A DNA stretch of 64,000 bases from Sedimentisphaerales bacterium (GCA_963663965.2 CAXXFK010000033.1:192001-256000), one strand, 5' to 3'; counted from the first letter of the stretch, positions 20,883-31,756 are shown. The notes: generated by a model not told the origin, from the letters alone. Numbers and translations are program-made.

Positions 20883-22004
20883 ATGCGGATTGGATTGTCT
20901 TCTCAGGATATCACCCAGGCAGAAATTGATGCCGTTGTTGCCGTGCTGAAAAGCCCAAATCTGAGTCTTGGTCCCATTGGTCCGGAATTTGAGAGCCGGT
21001 TTTCTGATTATATTGGCCGCAAACACGCCATGGCCGTGAATAGCGGGACCAGTGGTTTGCATCTGTGTATGCTGGCGATGGGTATCGGGCCGGGTGATGA
21101 AGTGATAACGACTCCGTTCAGTTTTGTCGCGACCACTAATATTATCCTGATGGCGGGCGCTACCCCGGTTTTTGTGGATATCGATCCGGAAACTTATAAT
21201 CTCGATATCGAACAGGTCAAAGAGAAAATCGGACCCAAAACCAAAGCGATCGTACCCGTGGAAGTGTTTGGTAATCCTCAAGGACTGGATGCTATCTGGG
21301 ATCTGGCGCAAGAGCGGAAATTATTATGTATTGAAGATTCTTGTGAAGCGCTGGGTAGTATCGTCAATGGACGCAAGGTTGGAACCCTGGGCCATGCCAG
21401 TGTGTTTGCCTTCTATCCCAACAAGCAGATGACCACCGGAGAAGGCGGAATTATTCTTACCGATGATGATACGATTGCGGATATCTGTCGGTCATTACGG
21501 AATCAGGGACGCGCCACGGACGGCGGATGGCTGGCGCATGTGCGTCTGGGTTATAATTATCGTTTGTCGGATATCAACAGCGCTTTGGGAATAGAACAGA
21601 TTAAACGCATCGAAGAATTTGTCGCCAAGCGTTCTCAGGTTGCTGAGATGTATCAGGCGGCGCTGGCTGAAGAAGCACGCTTGTGTGTGCCGCGTGAACC
21701 GGATGGCTGCCGGATGAGTTGGTTTGTTTTCGTTATACGTTTAGTGGATTCGTTCAGTCGTGAGCAACGCGATCGTGTTATCCAGTACTTACGCGATGCC
21801 GGTATTGGCAGCAGTAATTATTTTGTCCCGATTCATTATCAACCCTTCATCATTGATTTACTGGGTGATCAGCGGGGAGCATTCCCGGTAACTGAACGAG
21901 TCGGCGATCGCACCCTGGCTTTACCGTTCCATAATAACCTGTCTCGGGAAGAAGTACAGGAGGTTGTTAAGACACTTAAGCAGGCCCTGGATACGGTTTC
22001 GTAA
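20883..22004 (+). CDS. DegT/DnrJ/EryC1/StrS family PLP aminotransferase
   Basis: NSGTSGLH, IEDSCEALG, FYPNKQMTTGEGG, GYNYRL. Confidence 0.95.
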   Translation: MRIGLSSQDITQAEIDAVVAVLKSPNLSLGPIGPEFESRFSDYIGRKHAMAVNSGTSGLHLCMLAMGIGPGDEVITTPFSFVATTNIILMAGATPVFVDIDPETYNLDIEQVKEKIGPKTKAIVPVEVFGNPQGLDAIWDLAQERKLLCIEDSCEALGSIVNGRKVGTLGHASVFAFYPNKQMTTGEGGIILTDDDTIADICRSLRNQGRATDGGWLAHVRLGYNYRLSDINSALGIEQIKRIEEFVAKRSQVAEMYQAALAEEARLCVPREPDGCRMSWFVFVIRLVDSFSREQRDRVIQYLRDAGIGSSNYFVPIHYQPFIIDLLGDQRGAFPVTERVGDRTLALPFHNNLSREEVQEVVKTLKQALDTVS

Positions 22005-22087
22005 GACTTGTCTGTTCTGTCTATCAGTGATTATTTCAATACTCCTAAAGTAGTTTTTGAGGCTACTTATATGATATATCATATAAA

Positions 22088-23893
22088 ATGACCGATCTAT
22101 TCAGTACCATCTCACAGCGTTTATTGCCCCGGATTCAAGGGCCCGCCCAGTATGCCGGCGGGGAAGTCAACCAGATACGCAAAGATCCCGGTTCGGTGGA
22201 TATCAGTGTGGTCCTGGCTTATCCTGATGCTTATACCATCGGTATGTCGCACCTGGGTTTGGCCATTTTATACACCGCATTGAATCAGATGGAGGGTGTT
22301 GTCGCCGAGCGCACCTACGCGCCCTGGCTGGATGTCCGCAGTGTGATGCGGTCGGAGGGGATTCCATTGTATTCCTGGGAAAGCCGCCGGCCGGTTCGCG
22401 AGTTCGATGTTCTGGGCATTACCCTGCAACACGAACTCATTTACAGCAATGTATTATATCTGCTGGACCTGGCCGGGATCAGTTTTCGAGCGGCAGACCG
22501 CCAGGAAGATGAGCCACTGGTCATTGGCGGTGGCCCGATGTCGGATTGCTGTGAACCGGTCGCCGATTTTTTCGATCTGGTGATTTTGGGTGATGGGGAA
22601 GAGTCGCTGCCGATGGTCGTGCAGGCGATCCGGGTATTGAAAAAAACGGCCGCGCGCCGGCATGACATTCTGCTGGAACTGGCACGCCGGTTTGAATTTG
22701 TCTATGTACCCCAGTTCTACGAGGTATCGTACTGCCCAGATGGTACGTTGGCTGAAGTGAAACCGAATGTGGAAGGGGTGCCGGCCTGTGTTCAACGAGC
22801 TGCGGTAGCGGATATGGACGGGGCGGTTTTTCCGACCGCTCCCATCATCCCTTACGCCGAGACGCCCCATGACCGGATTGCCATTGAGATTATGCGAGGG
22901 TGTCCGCAACGCTGTGCTTTCTGTCACGCGGGACATACCCGTGGCAAGCTGCGTTTTCGCAGTCTGGAAAAAATAGTCGAACTGGCCTGGGAAAGCTATC
23001 TGAATACCGGGCACGATACCATCTCCCTGCTCAGTTTATCTTCCAGCGATTACCCCAGGCTGGCACAATTGGTTCAGGCACTTTATGGCAGGTTTGAGGG
23101 CTGTCATATGGGTATTTCGCTTCCCTCTTTACGGGTGGACCGTCAGCTGCGTGACATCCCTGAACAAATCACCGGTACCCGCCGGGAAGGGCTGACCATT
23201 GCCGTTGAAGCCGCCACCGATATTCTGCGCAAAGCCATCGGGAAACGGGTCACCGACCATGACCTGATGGCCACGGTTCGGAATGCCTTCGAAGTGGGAT
23301 GGAAACGGGTCAAGCTCTATTTTATGGCCGGATTTCCTTATGAAATTTCTGAAGATATCGATGGTATTGTTGAACTGGCCGGCCAGATATCGCGTTTGGG
23401 CAAGGAAGTTCGCGGAACCCCGGCGGCAGTCCATGCCGCAGTTTCATGGCTGGTTCCCAAACCACACACGCCGTTTGGCTGGATGGCGATGCAGCCGTTT
23501 GATTACTTTATGGCAACCCGGCGGCGATTGATCGATCAGGTAAAGTCCATGCGCAAGGTGTCAATAAAGCTCAAATTTCATTATATGGAACGATCCATTC
23601 TGGAAGGGGTGCTGGCAAGAGGGGACAGGCGTTTAAGTGGTGTCATAGAAAAGGCATATCGCAATGGAGCCCATTTTGATTCCTGGGATGAAACATTCCA
23701 GTATGATCGATATCTCAAAGCGTTTCAGGAATGCGGGATCGATCCGGCGTTCTATGCCCATCGTGAACGCGGTGAAACAGAGGTGCTACCCTGGGATCAT
23801 CTGGCCGGCGATAACCGTGTGAGTCTTTATCAGCGCCATTTAAAAATCAGAGACATACTGACCAACCGACCGGTTTCAGAACGGGAGCCGTAG
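22088..23893 (+). CDS. TIGR03960-like B12-binding radical SAM protein
   Basis: PAQYAGGE, YPDAYTIGMSHLG, EIMRGCPQRCAFC, PKPHTPF, LPWDH. Confidence 0.9.
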   Translation: MTDLFSTISQRLLPRIQGPAQYAGGEVNQIRKDPGSVDISVVLAYPDAYTIGMSHLGLAILYTALNQMEGVVAERTYAPWLDVRSVMRSEGIPLYSWESRRPVREFDVLGITLQHELIYSNVLYLLDLAGISFRAADRQEDEPLVIGGGPMSDCCEPVADFFDLVILGDGEESLPMVVQAIRVLKKTAARRHDILLELARRFEFVYVPQFYEVSYCPDGTLAEVKPNVEGVPACVQRAAVADMDGAVFPTAPIIPYAETPHDRIAIEIMRGCPQRCAFCHAGHTRGKLRFRSLEKIVELAWESYLNTGHDTISLLSLSSSDYPRLAQLVQALYGRFEGCHMGISLPSLRVDRQLRDIPEQITGTRREGLTIAVEAATDILRKAIGKRVTDHDLMATVRNAFEVGWKRVKLYFMAGFPYEISEDIDGIVELAGQISRLGKEVRGTPAAVHAAVSWLVPKPHTPFGWMAMQPFDYFMATRRRLIDQVKSMRKVSIKLKFHYMERSILEGVLARGDRRLSGVIEKAYRNGAHFDSWDETFQYDRYLKAFQECGIDPAFYAHRERGETEVLPWDHLAGDNRVSLYQRHLKIRDILTNRPVSEREP

Positions 23894-24139
23894 CTGAGGT
23901 CCGATAACTATGGCGAGCATGTGAATCCAACAAGGTCAAGAGCTATACCCTCCAGACGGATCCTCTCAGACGAAACGAAGCCAAGGTATCATTTAATCCT
24001 TATAAGTGGCTGTTAAATAGATTCTTATATTGATTAATTCAAACAACAATTTTACCGGATGGGATTCAAGTACGACCGATCCTTGCTTTCATCGCTCCTT
24101 CCCGTACAATATTGAGCTAACCTTCAATTCAATAAGGAT

Positions 24140-24700
24140 TTGAATATGAGACATGAGCATTTGTTAGATTCCAAAAAAGCGCTTCTGATGGTGATCGATA
24201 TTCAGGATGCTTTTACGCCGTATATCTATGAAATGGACCGGGTGGTTGAACGGACCCGGATCATGATCGAAGCGGCTAAGTTATTAGAATTACCTGTCTT
24301 AGTGACAGAACAATATCCCCGGGCGTTAGGATCAACCGTAGAAACTTTGCGGGCGACCCTGGGAGATATCTGCTATTTCGATAAGCTGACATTCAGTTGC
24401 TGCCAGGATGAAACCATTCGGTCTGCCCTGATTGACAGCGGACGTTCTCAGGTGATCCTGACCGGGATTGAGTCTCATATCTGTGTTCAGCAAACCGCTT
24501 GCGATCTGATAAAGATGGGAATGACTCCTTTCTTGGCCGCCGATGCCGTCAGTTCACGCCGTCCGTTCGATGCCGACATTTCCCGACAGCGCATGCAGCA
24601 AACCGGGGTTTTCGTCACGACAACAGAAGCCGCTTTGATGGAAATGCTGATCAGCAGCAAACATCCTGCATTCAAGGCGATTTCAAAACTGATTAAATAA
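24140..24700 (+). CDS. isochorismatase family hydrolase
   Basis: VIDIQ, TEQYPRALG, KLTFSCC, GIESHICVQQT. Start may be ATG 24146. Confidence 0.9.
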   Translation: MNMRHEHLLDSKKALLMVIDIQDAFTPYIYEMDRVVERTRIMIEAAKLLELPVLVTEQYPRALGSTVETLRATLGDICYFDKLTFSCCQDETIRSALIDSGRSQVILTGIESHICVQQTACDLIKMGMTPFLAADAVSSRRPFDADISRQRMQQTGVFVTTTEAALMEMLISSKHPAFKAISKLIK

Positions 24701-24733
24701 TCGTTCAATTATAAAGAATCACAGGAGCATAAC

Positions 24734-25723
24734 ATGTTCCCACAAACTAGACTAAGTCGGTTACGTTCGAATAACATAATCAGAGCCATGGTTCGAGAAC
24801 ATCAGGTTAACACTTGTGATTTGATCCAACCGGTTTTTGTACATCATCGGGATGGCACCCGGCAGGAGATAGCCTCCATGCCCGGGCAATATCAGTTGGA
24901 TGTTGCCTATGCTGCCGAATGGTCTGTCCGATTATATGAAGACGGCATTCGATCAATCCTTTTATTTGGTATCCCATCTGTCAAAGATGAAACGGGATCC
25001 GATAGCTGGGATGATGATAAAGGGATCATTCAGCGCGCTTTAAGGGCAATTCGCCAGGCAGTTCCTGAGATGCTGATTATTACCGATGTATGCTTTTGTG
25101 AATATACCAGTCATGGCCACTGTGGAATTATGGTTGAACGTAATGGGCAAATGGTATTAGATCACGATGCGACCTGTAAGAATCTGGTTCGTCAGGCGGT
25201 TTCGCATGTCCATGCGGGGGCGGATATGATTGCGCCCTCAGGGATGATTGACGGCATGATAGCCGTTATACGCAATGGACTGGATCAGACAGGTTTCAAC
25301 CATATTCCCATCATGAGCTACGCCGTTAAATACGCATCGGCTTTTTATGGCCCATTTCGTGACGCGGCTGAAGGCGCCCCGAAATATGGAGATCGGCGAA
25401 CGCATCAGATGGATCCGGCTAATAGTGATGAAGCCTTACGGGAAGCAAGCGAAGATATTAATCAGGGTGCTGATATGATTATGGTCAAGCCCGCCCTGGC
25501 CTATATGGATATTATTCGACGTGTCAAAGACAGATTTGGTATTCCAACCGCTGCCTATCATGTTTCGGGTGAGTACGCCATGATCAAAGCCGCCGCTGAA
25601 CGGGGTTGGCTGGATGAAAAAGCCGTCACACTGGAGATCCTGACCAGCTTAAAGCGCGCCGGCGCCGATATGATTATTACTTATCATGCGGCAGATGCGG
25701 CGAAATGGATTCCGGAGGGGTAA
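24734..25723 (+). CDS. hemB: porphobilinogen synthase (Zn-binding type)
   Basis: DVCFCEYTSHGHCG, SAFYGPFRDA, MVKPALAY, AYHVSGEY. Confidence 0.98.
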   Translation: MFPQTRLSRLRSNNIIRAMVREHQVNTCDLIQPVFVHHRDGTRQEIASMPGQYQLDVAYAAEWSVRLYEDGIRSILLFGIPSVKDETGSDSWDDDKGIIQRALRAIRQAVPEMLIITDVCFCEYTSHGHCGIMVERNGQMVLDHDATCKNLVRQAVSHVHAGADMIAPSGMIDGMIAVIRNGLDQTGFNHIPIMSYAVKYASAFYGPFRDAAEGAPKYGDRRTHQMDPANSDEALREASEDINQGADMIMVKPALAYMDIIRRVKDRFGIPTAAYHVSGEYAMIKAAAERGWLDEKAVTLEILTSLKRAGADMIITYHAADAAKWIPEG

Positions 25724-25727
25724 TGGT

Positions 25728-26508
25728 ATGGCCAGTTTCGCTGCCAATGATCCGCGCGACCGTCAAAAACCGGTAAACAAACGCTTCAAATTGATCGCCT
25801 GCGAGATTTTCTTTCGCGAGATCTGTTCGGTGGTTGCCTGTTGCGATCATATTATCGATATTGAATTTCTGCGTAAAGGTTTGCATGATGCCGGCCGGGA
25901 AAATATGTTTGCGGAATTAAAAGCGGCAGTGCAGAAGGCAGATGAAGAGCAAAAATATGATGCGATTTTACTGGGATACGGGCGGTGTAACGATGGCGTT
26001 GTTGGACTGTCAACAAAGTCTTGTCCATTAGTTATCCCCAAAGTCCATGATTGCATAGCGGTGTTTTTTTGGTTCCCGGCAAGCTTTTGAGGCATGGTTT
26101 GATGAGTATCCGGGTACCTATTTCCGGACTACCGGCTGGACGGAACGGGATGATAGCGATGGGGATTCACTGATGACGCAATTAGGAATTGATTGCGGGC
26201 TGGATTATTATATTGAGAAATATGGTGAAGACAATGCCCGCTATCTGATGGAAACGATGGGCAATTGGACGGCTAATTACCATAACCTTGCTTATATCCG
26301 TACGGGTTTGCCTCAGGATGACGCCTATAGCGAATTGGCTCGACAAGAAGCGATTCGCAGGCAATTGTTGTATAAGGAAATACAGGGAAGCATGAGCCTG
26401 TTGGAAAGAATGGTAAATGCCCAATGGGATCACGATGAATTTTTAGTGATATCACCGGGAGAAAAAATCATCGCTGATGATTCCGGGCAGGTACTGGGAA
26501 TGGAATAA
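25728..26508 (+). pseudogene. DUF1638-like protein split by a frameshift in a T7 run (26064-26070)
   Basis: LIACEIF, GLH, LGYGRC and DCIAVFF lie in one frame. Removing one T continues as GSRQAFEAWFDEYPGTYFRTTGW into ORF 26173-26508 (YIEKYGEDNARYL). Confidence 0.8.
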
Positions 26509-26628
26509 TTGATATTGCCATTTGGCAGAATCAAAATGGTGGACATGGCGATTTATAAAAATCAGTGATGTCAACCTGAATTCGTTCAATAACAATATAT
26601 TGGTCGGGTTGTGGATGATAATAATCAA

Positions 26629-27099
26629 TCAAGCGGAGGTATCTATGAGGTTACCGCTGAAATTGCCAGATTGCGAAACGAGCGAATCCAGAAAATCCTG
26701 CAAATCACTCTGGTCGACATTTCCTGATTGGATTTCCTGAATTAATGTCATCAACAACTGGCTGATTTCATCATTAACGCCGCTACTTTGTTCGGATTGT
26801 TCTGACTGGCCCGGGGGGGGTGGGGGAGTCGCACTGCCAAATTGTTCCCGGGCCGTTTCCATTAGAGCCTGGGTGTCAAAACCTCCCTCTTCAAGGGTGT
26901 TGATCATGCCTTTTCCCGGCTGGATGCGGGCAGAAATGATTGCTTGATTCATGGCTTTCATGTCTTCGACCGTCATATTTGACGGATCATATTTAGCCAA
27001 AATTTCTTCGAGTTTGGTTTGATCAGCTTGGTTCAGGGTATTGCTTCCCATTATGGGAGAGGGTGACCCTGCCACAAGGTTGCTGATACTGCTAATCAT
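26629..27099 (-). CDS. hypothetical protein (Pro-run, acidic C-terminus)
   Basis: 156-aa ORF with RBS AAGGAG; ILAKYDPSNMT and PPPPP. Confidence 0.75.
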   Translation of the reverse strand: MISSISNLVAGSPSPIMGSNTLNQADQTKLEEILAKYDPSNMTVEDMKAMNQAIISARIQPGKGMINTLEEGGFDTQALMETAREQFGSATPPPPPGQSEQSEQSSGVNDEISQLLMTLIQEIQSGNVDQSDLQDFLDSLVSQSGNFSGNLIDTSA

Positions 27100-27211
27100 G
27101 ATTCACTCCTTACGTCGATTAGATTTTTACATAGTATTAACGTCAATACCATGGTGCATCATAAAAGTTATATCGACGAGTTAATCATCATCTCAACAGG
27201 TCAAAACCCGC

Positions 27212-28096
27212 CTATTTTTTGTCAAAAGCACTGGAGTGGATACCCCAACTCTTTTTGAAATCTCCCGGCGCGCGGCCTGTGTATTGACGGAAAAAACGGG
27301 ACATATTAGCAGGGTCGGTAAAGCCTGTACGATCAGCGATCTGTTTTATGCTCAAATCAGAATGGAGCAATAATCGTGTCATTTCCAAAATTGAGCGGTT
27401 ATTAATGGTTTCTTTGGCGGTTTTGCCAAAGTACCGTCGTGTGATCTGATTGAGTTTTTTGGGGGTAATACATAATTTGTCGGCATAATCATTGACACAA
27501 CGAGTGGTTGAGATATCTGTTTCCAGTAGTTGTTTAAAATTCAGGTAGAGCTTGTGTTCATAAGAGGTATGCCGGTTTATTTGAGATTGCATAGGCCAGA
27601 GTTGTTCAATCTTGAATAAAAAAAGGTGAAACAAACCTCGCAGCAAGCATAAATGGGATGGATTGGATGTTGATTTCAGTTCTGATTTGATTAATTCAAT
27701 AAAAGTAATCAATGGCCGAAACTTTTCAGGGTTAAGTGGTAAAATCCCTGAAAATTGAGAATCAAACAAGTGGGTACTTAATCCCGGGAATCCCTGGCTA
27801 TCGGGTCGGAGGATATCGTGTTCACAGATTTGTATCAGATAACCATGAGATTCAGAATTCGGGCGGAAGTTGACATATTGACCGCCTAGCAGCAGAATAA
27901 TTGATTCATTATGCCATTCCACTCTATGCGTATCAATAATGCATTGGCCACTTCCCTTTGTAATCAGGCAGATTTGATGGCAACTTTGATATCGGGGATA
28001 TTCTTGGGATAAATACTGTGCGAAATTGAATATTTCAAATCCCGGGCGACTCAAATCGTTGTGATGCCATGTTATGAGATTGCTCTCGTTAATCAT
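27212..28096 (-). CDS. AraC family transcriptional regulator
   Basis: C-terminal HTH: YADKLCITPKKL...SIKQIADRTGFTDPANMSRFFRQYTG. Confidence 0.93.
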   Translation of the reverse strand: MINESNLITWHHNDLSRPGFEIFNFAQYLSQEYPRYQSCHQICLITKGSGQCIIDTHRVEWHNESIILLLGGQYVNFRPNSESHGYLIQICEHDILRPDSQGFPGLSTHLFDSQFSGILPLNPEKFRPLITFIELIKSELKSTSNPSHLCLLRGLFHLFLFKIEQLWPMQSQINRHTSYEHKLYLNFKQLLETDISTTRCVNDYADKLCITPKKLNQITRRYFGKTAKETINNRSILEMTRLLLHSDLSIKQIADRTGFTDPANMSRFFRQYTGRAPGDFKKSWGIHSSAFDKK

Positions 28097-28772
28097 TGTG
28101 TCTCCAAATATATCTCATATTGGCTTTGCGATAAGATTATTAATATAAATAATTGGCTGAAATAAAGGTTTAGTTTGGGCTGTTATAAAATGGCGCGGAT
28201 AAGAACCAGGGAGCATCCACAGGTTATAACTGTCAGGAAGTTAAAGGATGATTGTTTTTTGCCTGGTATCCAACTCGGCATAAGAGATGTTCGCTTTTAT
28301 GAAAGTAGAATACCCATCATGTTGTCAAAGGGTGGCAAATGGCAATTGGAAGTATAGGGCCTTCCATGATCAATATCTATTGATACGCATTGGGTGATGA
28401 AAGCCTGCGAAAAAAGTAACACGGGAAGAAATTGTGCCGATCAAAAGGTTACAGCAGGATAATATCACGAATTCAACTATGTTGGCGCTATTAGTGCCAT
28501 GAAAAATTATTTAAAAATGACAAAATAGCCCATTATGACATTTAGCAGGTAGTTAACAGGTTCTGTCGATATGGAATTCGAGTCTTTCTAGTTGAAGTAG
28601 GGAAGGGGTGGGCACATTTTGACAGACAAGGTTATATGTTAATGAAATATTTAAAAAAACAAACTTGCATCGTACCGGCTTATGGGTCATATATATAATA
28701 CTCATACCGTGTTAAGCACCCCATTGTCCAGATCACAAATTTATCATCACAGTTTGAGAAAGGTGAGTCATC

Positions 28773-30485
28773 ATGAGACCTCACGTCAAAAAACCGTTAT
28801 CGCGCTCAGTTAACAGTTCATTACGTCTGGAACAGTTGGAATCACGTTTTTTGCTATCGGCACACCCCGGAATTTCACATCAGATGATATCATCTGAGAA
28901 TACCCGGAATGATATAATTGGAGATACGTTCACCACCGCCGCAACCCTGACTTTGGACGCATCTGGGGACTCCACAGCCCAAAGCAGCATTGATTCCAGG
29001 AAAGACAAAGATATGTTTGTTTTTGTCGCAAACGAAAGTGGATTGGTTCAAATTGATTTGAAGGCATTAGATACCAACCTGGACACCTATTTATACGTCT
29101 ATAATAGTCGCGGAAAGTTAGTTGCACGCGATGATGACAGCGGTTCAGGGACCGATGCTCTGGTTTTGATCCAGGTAACGGCCGGGGAGAGTTATTATGT
29201 GCGGGCCGATGCTTTTCGCTCCAGCACGGGTGATTATACTTTATCAATTGATGGTCCGTCTACGGGTGAGGCTTATGCTGACGATTATGGAGATAATTTT
29301 GAAGACGCAACTTTAATTGAAGTAGATGATTATGGGAATGCCATCATTGTTGGATTAATCGGCCATATTGGAGATCAGGATCTGTTTGTTTATACAGCAA
29401 CCACGGATGGTCAGTTACAGATCGACATGAAAGCTGCTGATTCGCCTTTAGATGCCTATCTTTATGTCTATGACAGTTCCGGACGATTAATTGCCCGGAA
29501 CGATGATAGCGCAAAGGGCACGTTCGATTCCCAGATAATCATAGAAGTAGTCGCTGGCGAGCAATATTTCATTCAGGCGGATGCCTGGCACAAGAGTATT
29601 GGAGCGTATGAGTTGACTTTGACGGGGCCGGTTCCAGAGTCGGAAACTACAGAATCCGTAGCGCCGGATGAACCAGATATTACGCTGGAACCGGATGGTT
29701 CAACGGATATTATTGACACTGAATTGAGCGGCGATGGCCAGGTTGAGGGTTGGGCTGTATTGGTCAGTGCGATCGATTATCCGGGTAGTCAGAACGATCT
29801 GGCTTCCAGTCAGGTTAATCTGGACCAGATGTATCAGACGCTTATTGATGTTTATGGTTTTTCGAGCGATTCTATTCATACGCTCAGTGGGGATGGAACT
29901 GTTGTCAATTCTACGGCGATCAATACTGAGATCGTCTGGCTGGCCACTCAGGCTGACGGAAATGATCTGGTCATCTTTTATTATAGTGGTCATGGCAGTT
30001 ATGGCGCTTCGTATCAGCGTGATGACAATGAAGCGCTTTCCTTGCCAAGTGGTGAAAGTTATAGTGAAACACAACTTGCCACTCAACTGAATGAGATCAA
30101 CTCCGAAGCCAATAAAGTGGTTATTCTCGATGCCTGTTTTAGCGGCGGTTTTACCAGTTTGTGCAGCAGGGTTAGCCAGACATGGGTATTGGCGTCATCC
30201 GCCTATAATCAATATTCATGGGATACCGTATCACAATTTATGCCTGAGGGTGAGACCGGTTCGGTATTTACCAGTTGGCTGGTGACGGCCATGAATGATA
30301 CGGGATCGCTTAATGTTGATATCGACCAAAATGGACGCGTCAGTCTGGCTGAAGCATTTAATTATGCCGATCGCATGATCAATCGTCTGACCGGATTCGG
30401 GTATAACAATCAAAATCCTGTTATGAGCCCAGGAAATGTTGATCTGGATCTTATTTTACTGTCACAATCGATTGGAATGACATAA
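28773..30485 (+). CDS. planctomycete extracellular protein with 2 PPC-like repeats and a caspase-like (peptidase C14) domain
   Basis: LEQLESRFLLS motif; duplicated ~115-aa LD.YLYVY...DDS domains; YYSGHG and ILDACFSG dyad; DIDQNGRVS loop. Confidence 0.85.
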   Translation: MRPHVKKPLSRSVNSSLRLEQLESRFLLSAHPGISHQMISSENTRNDIIGDTFTTAATLTLDASGDSTAQSSIDSRKDKDMFVFVANESGLVQIDLKALDTNLDTYLYVYNSRGKLVARDDDSGSGTDALVLIQVTAGESYYVRADAFRSSTGDYTLSIDGPSTGEAYADDYGDNFEDATLIEVDDYGNAIIVGLIGHIGDQDLFVYTATTDGQLQIDMKAADSPLDAYLYVYDSSGRLIARNDDSAKGTFDSQIIIEVVAGEQYFIQADAWHKSIGAYELTLTGPVPESETTESVAPDEPDITLEPDGSTDIIDTELSGDGQVEGWAVLVSAIDYPGSQNDLASSQVNLDQMYQTLIDVYGFSSDSIHTLSGDGTVVNSTAINTEIVWLATQADGNDLVIFYYSGHGSYGASYQRDDNEALSLPSGESYSETQLATQLNEINSEANKVVILDACFSGGFTSLCSRVSQTWVLASSAYNQYSWDTVSQFMPEGETGSVFTSWLVTAMNDTGSLNVDIDQNGRVSLAEAFNYADRMINRLTGFGYNNQNPVMSPGNVDLDLILLSQSIGMT

Positions 30486-30522
30486 AACACGAAACTTGAT
30501 ATTTGACGGCCCCTGTTTTGAA

Positions 30523-31263
30523 TCAGGCTTTTGTGTGTTTTTTTCTGGTTGCTATCCAATCCCATTGCATCCATAGGATGGTCAATCCCCAGGTTATCGC
30601 GATAAACATGATAATAGAGCCCAGATCGAATGATAATTGAGCCAGTGAGTGGTCCTGGGCAAGGGCATGTATCTGACCTAATAAATAGGCCCAGTCATGT
30701 TGACCTCCACCAACCAGAGGCAATGAACGGGTTCGCGCGTCATTAATATAGGGAGCGATATCCAGAAAATTCTGACCGGACCACCAAAGCATAATTGAGG
30801 CGGCAAAGGCATCTTTTTTCTGGATCAGGAATGCCATCATAATTATAAGCGGTAACGTTATCTGGAATAATGTGCCGCCCAGGAAGTGCATAAAACGGCC
30901 AAAAGGGGTAAAAATAATATGCCCTGTTTCATGGATGGGAAGGTTAATGAAGTGTAGAAATGTATTTCCACCTTGAATAAGCGGTGAACAGACCATTTTA
31001 AATGTCCAAAGACATAAGGCAGCTAATAAAGCCGCTTGAGTTATGGTTGTATAAAAAGATGCATTTTGATTGAAACATAATAACCAGCGATTCAATGCTT
31101 TAAGCCTTTTAGATGGTTTGAATTGTTGATGGGCCTGGAAAGCGGACTTATCGGACACTAAATTAACTACTCCATTTTGTTTGGTCGTATTTGTGGATTC
31201 GGGTTTTCGAATGGGTTTCTCAAGTACAGGAGTTTGATTATGCATATTTAAGTTATTCGGCAA
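30523..31263 (-). CDS. membrane protein with HExxH motif (M50-like peptidase)
   Basis: LPIHETGH, YINDAR, HDWAYLL and several TM helices. Start codon uncertain. Confidence 0.7.
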   Translation of the reverse strand: MPNNLNMHNQTPVLEKPIRKPESTNTTKQNGVVNLVSDKSAFQAHQQFKPSKRLKALNRWLLCFNQNASFYTTITQAALLAALCLWTFKMVCSPLIQGGNTFLHFINLPIHETGHIIFTPFGRFMHFLGGTLFQITLPLIIMMAFLIQKKDAFAASIMLWWSGQNFLDIAPYINDARTRSLPLVGGGQHDWAYLLGQIHALAQDHSLAQLSFDLGSIIMFIAITWGLTILWMQWDWIATRKKHTKA

Positions 31264-31584
31264 TGATCAATCATATCTACACTGGAATCTAAATCTGGTA
31301 TGATTGCGAAAAGGGTAATATTGAAGGGAGATCATTGAATCGAATAGCGCTGTGAATTTCATAACTTATTGTTATTAAGTGACTTTGACTTGTTGGCATT
31401 AAGCTGGCAGGATATTTATTTAAAAATTCTGCCGGTAAATTTGCCTTGATGGAGTTTGTATTTTATCTTTGTGTTGTAACGAAAATGAGTTACTTGGCAA
31501 CTGAATAAAAAGCGGATTCGAAAATGATCAATTCGACCTGAATCGTGATACAGACGAGGTTTTCTTAAGCGATACAATGGGGCT

Positions 31585-31756
31585 GATCCGGAAAGACAGG
31601 CTCGCGTGCTGGACACGCTGTATGCCTGAGCCGGCGATAGCCTTGCCGGCACCCAAACCATGAGTGCGGTTCTTTTCGAGCCCAGACACGCATACACACA
31701 ACCTCGATTATAATAGGGCAAGGTGCCCAGCCCCCTCTCAATGGGGGCTTTTCTTT
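31585..31756 (+). ncRNA. candidate structured small RNA (unit 1)
   Basis: TACAAT at 31573, several hairpins, and terminator AGCCCCC/GGGGGCT + TTTCTTT. Confidence 0.4.

Noticed and set aside
31579..31600. GGGGCTGATCCGGAAAGAC resembles a tmRNA 5' end (and loosely SRP or RNase P motifs)
   Set aside because: No T-arm/CCA end, no tag frame ending in ALAA, too short, and the SRP and RNase P core motifs do not match.
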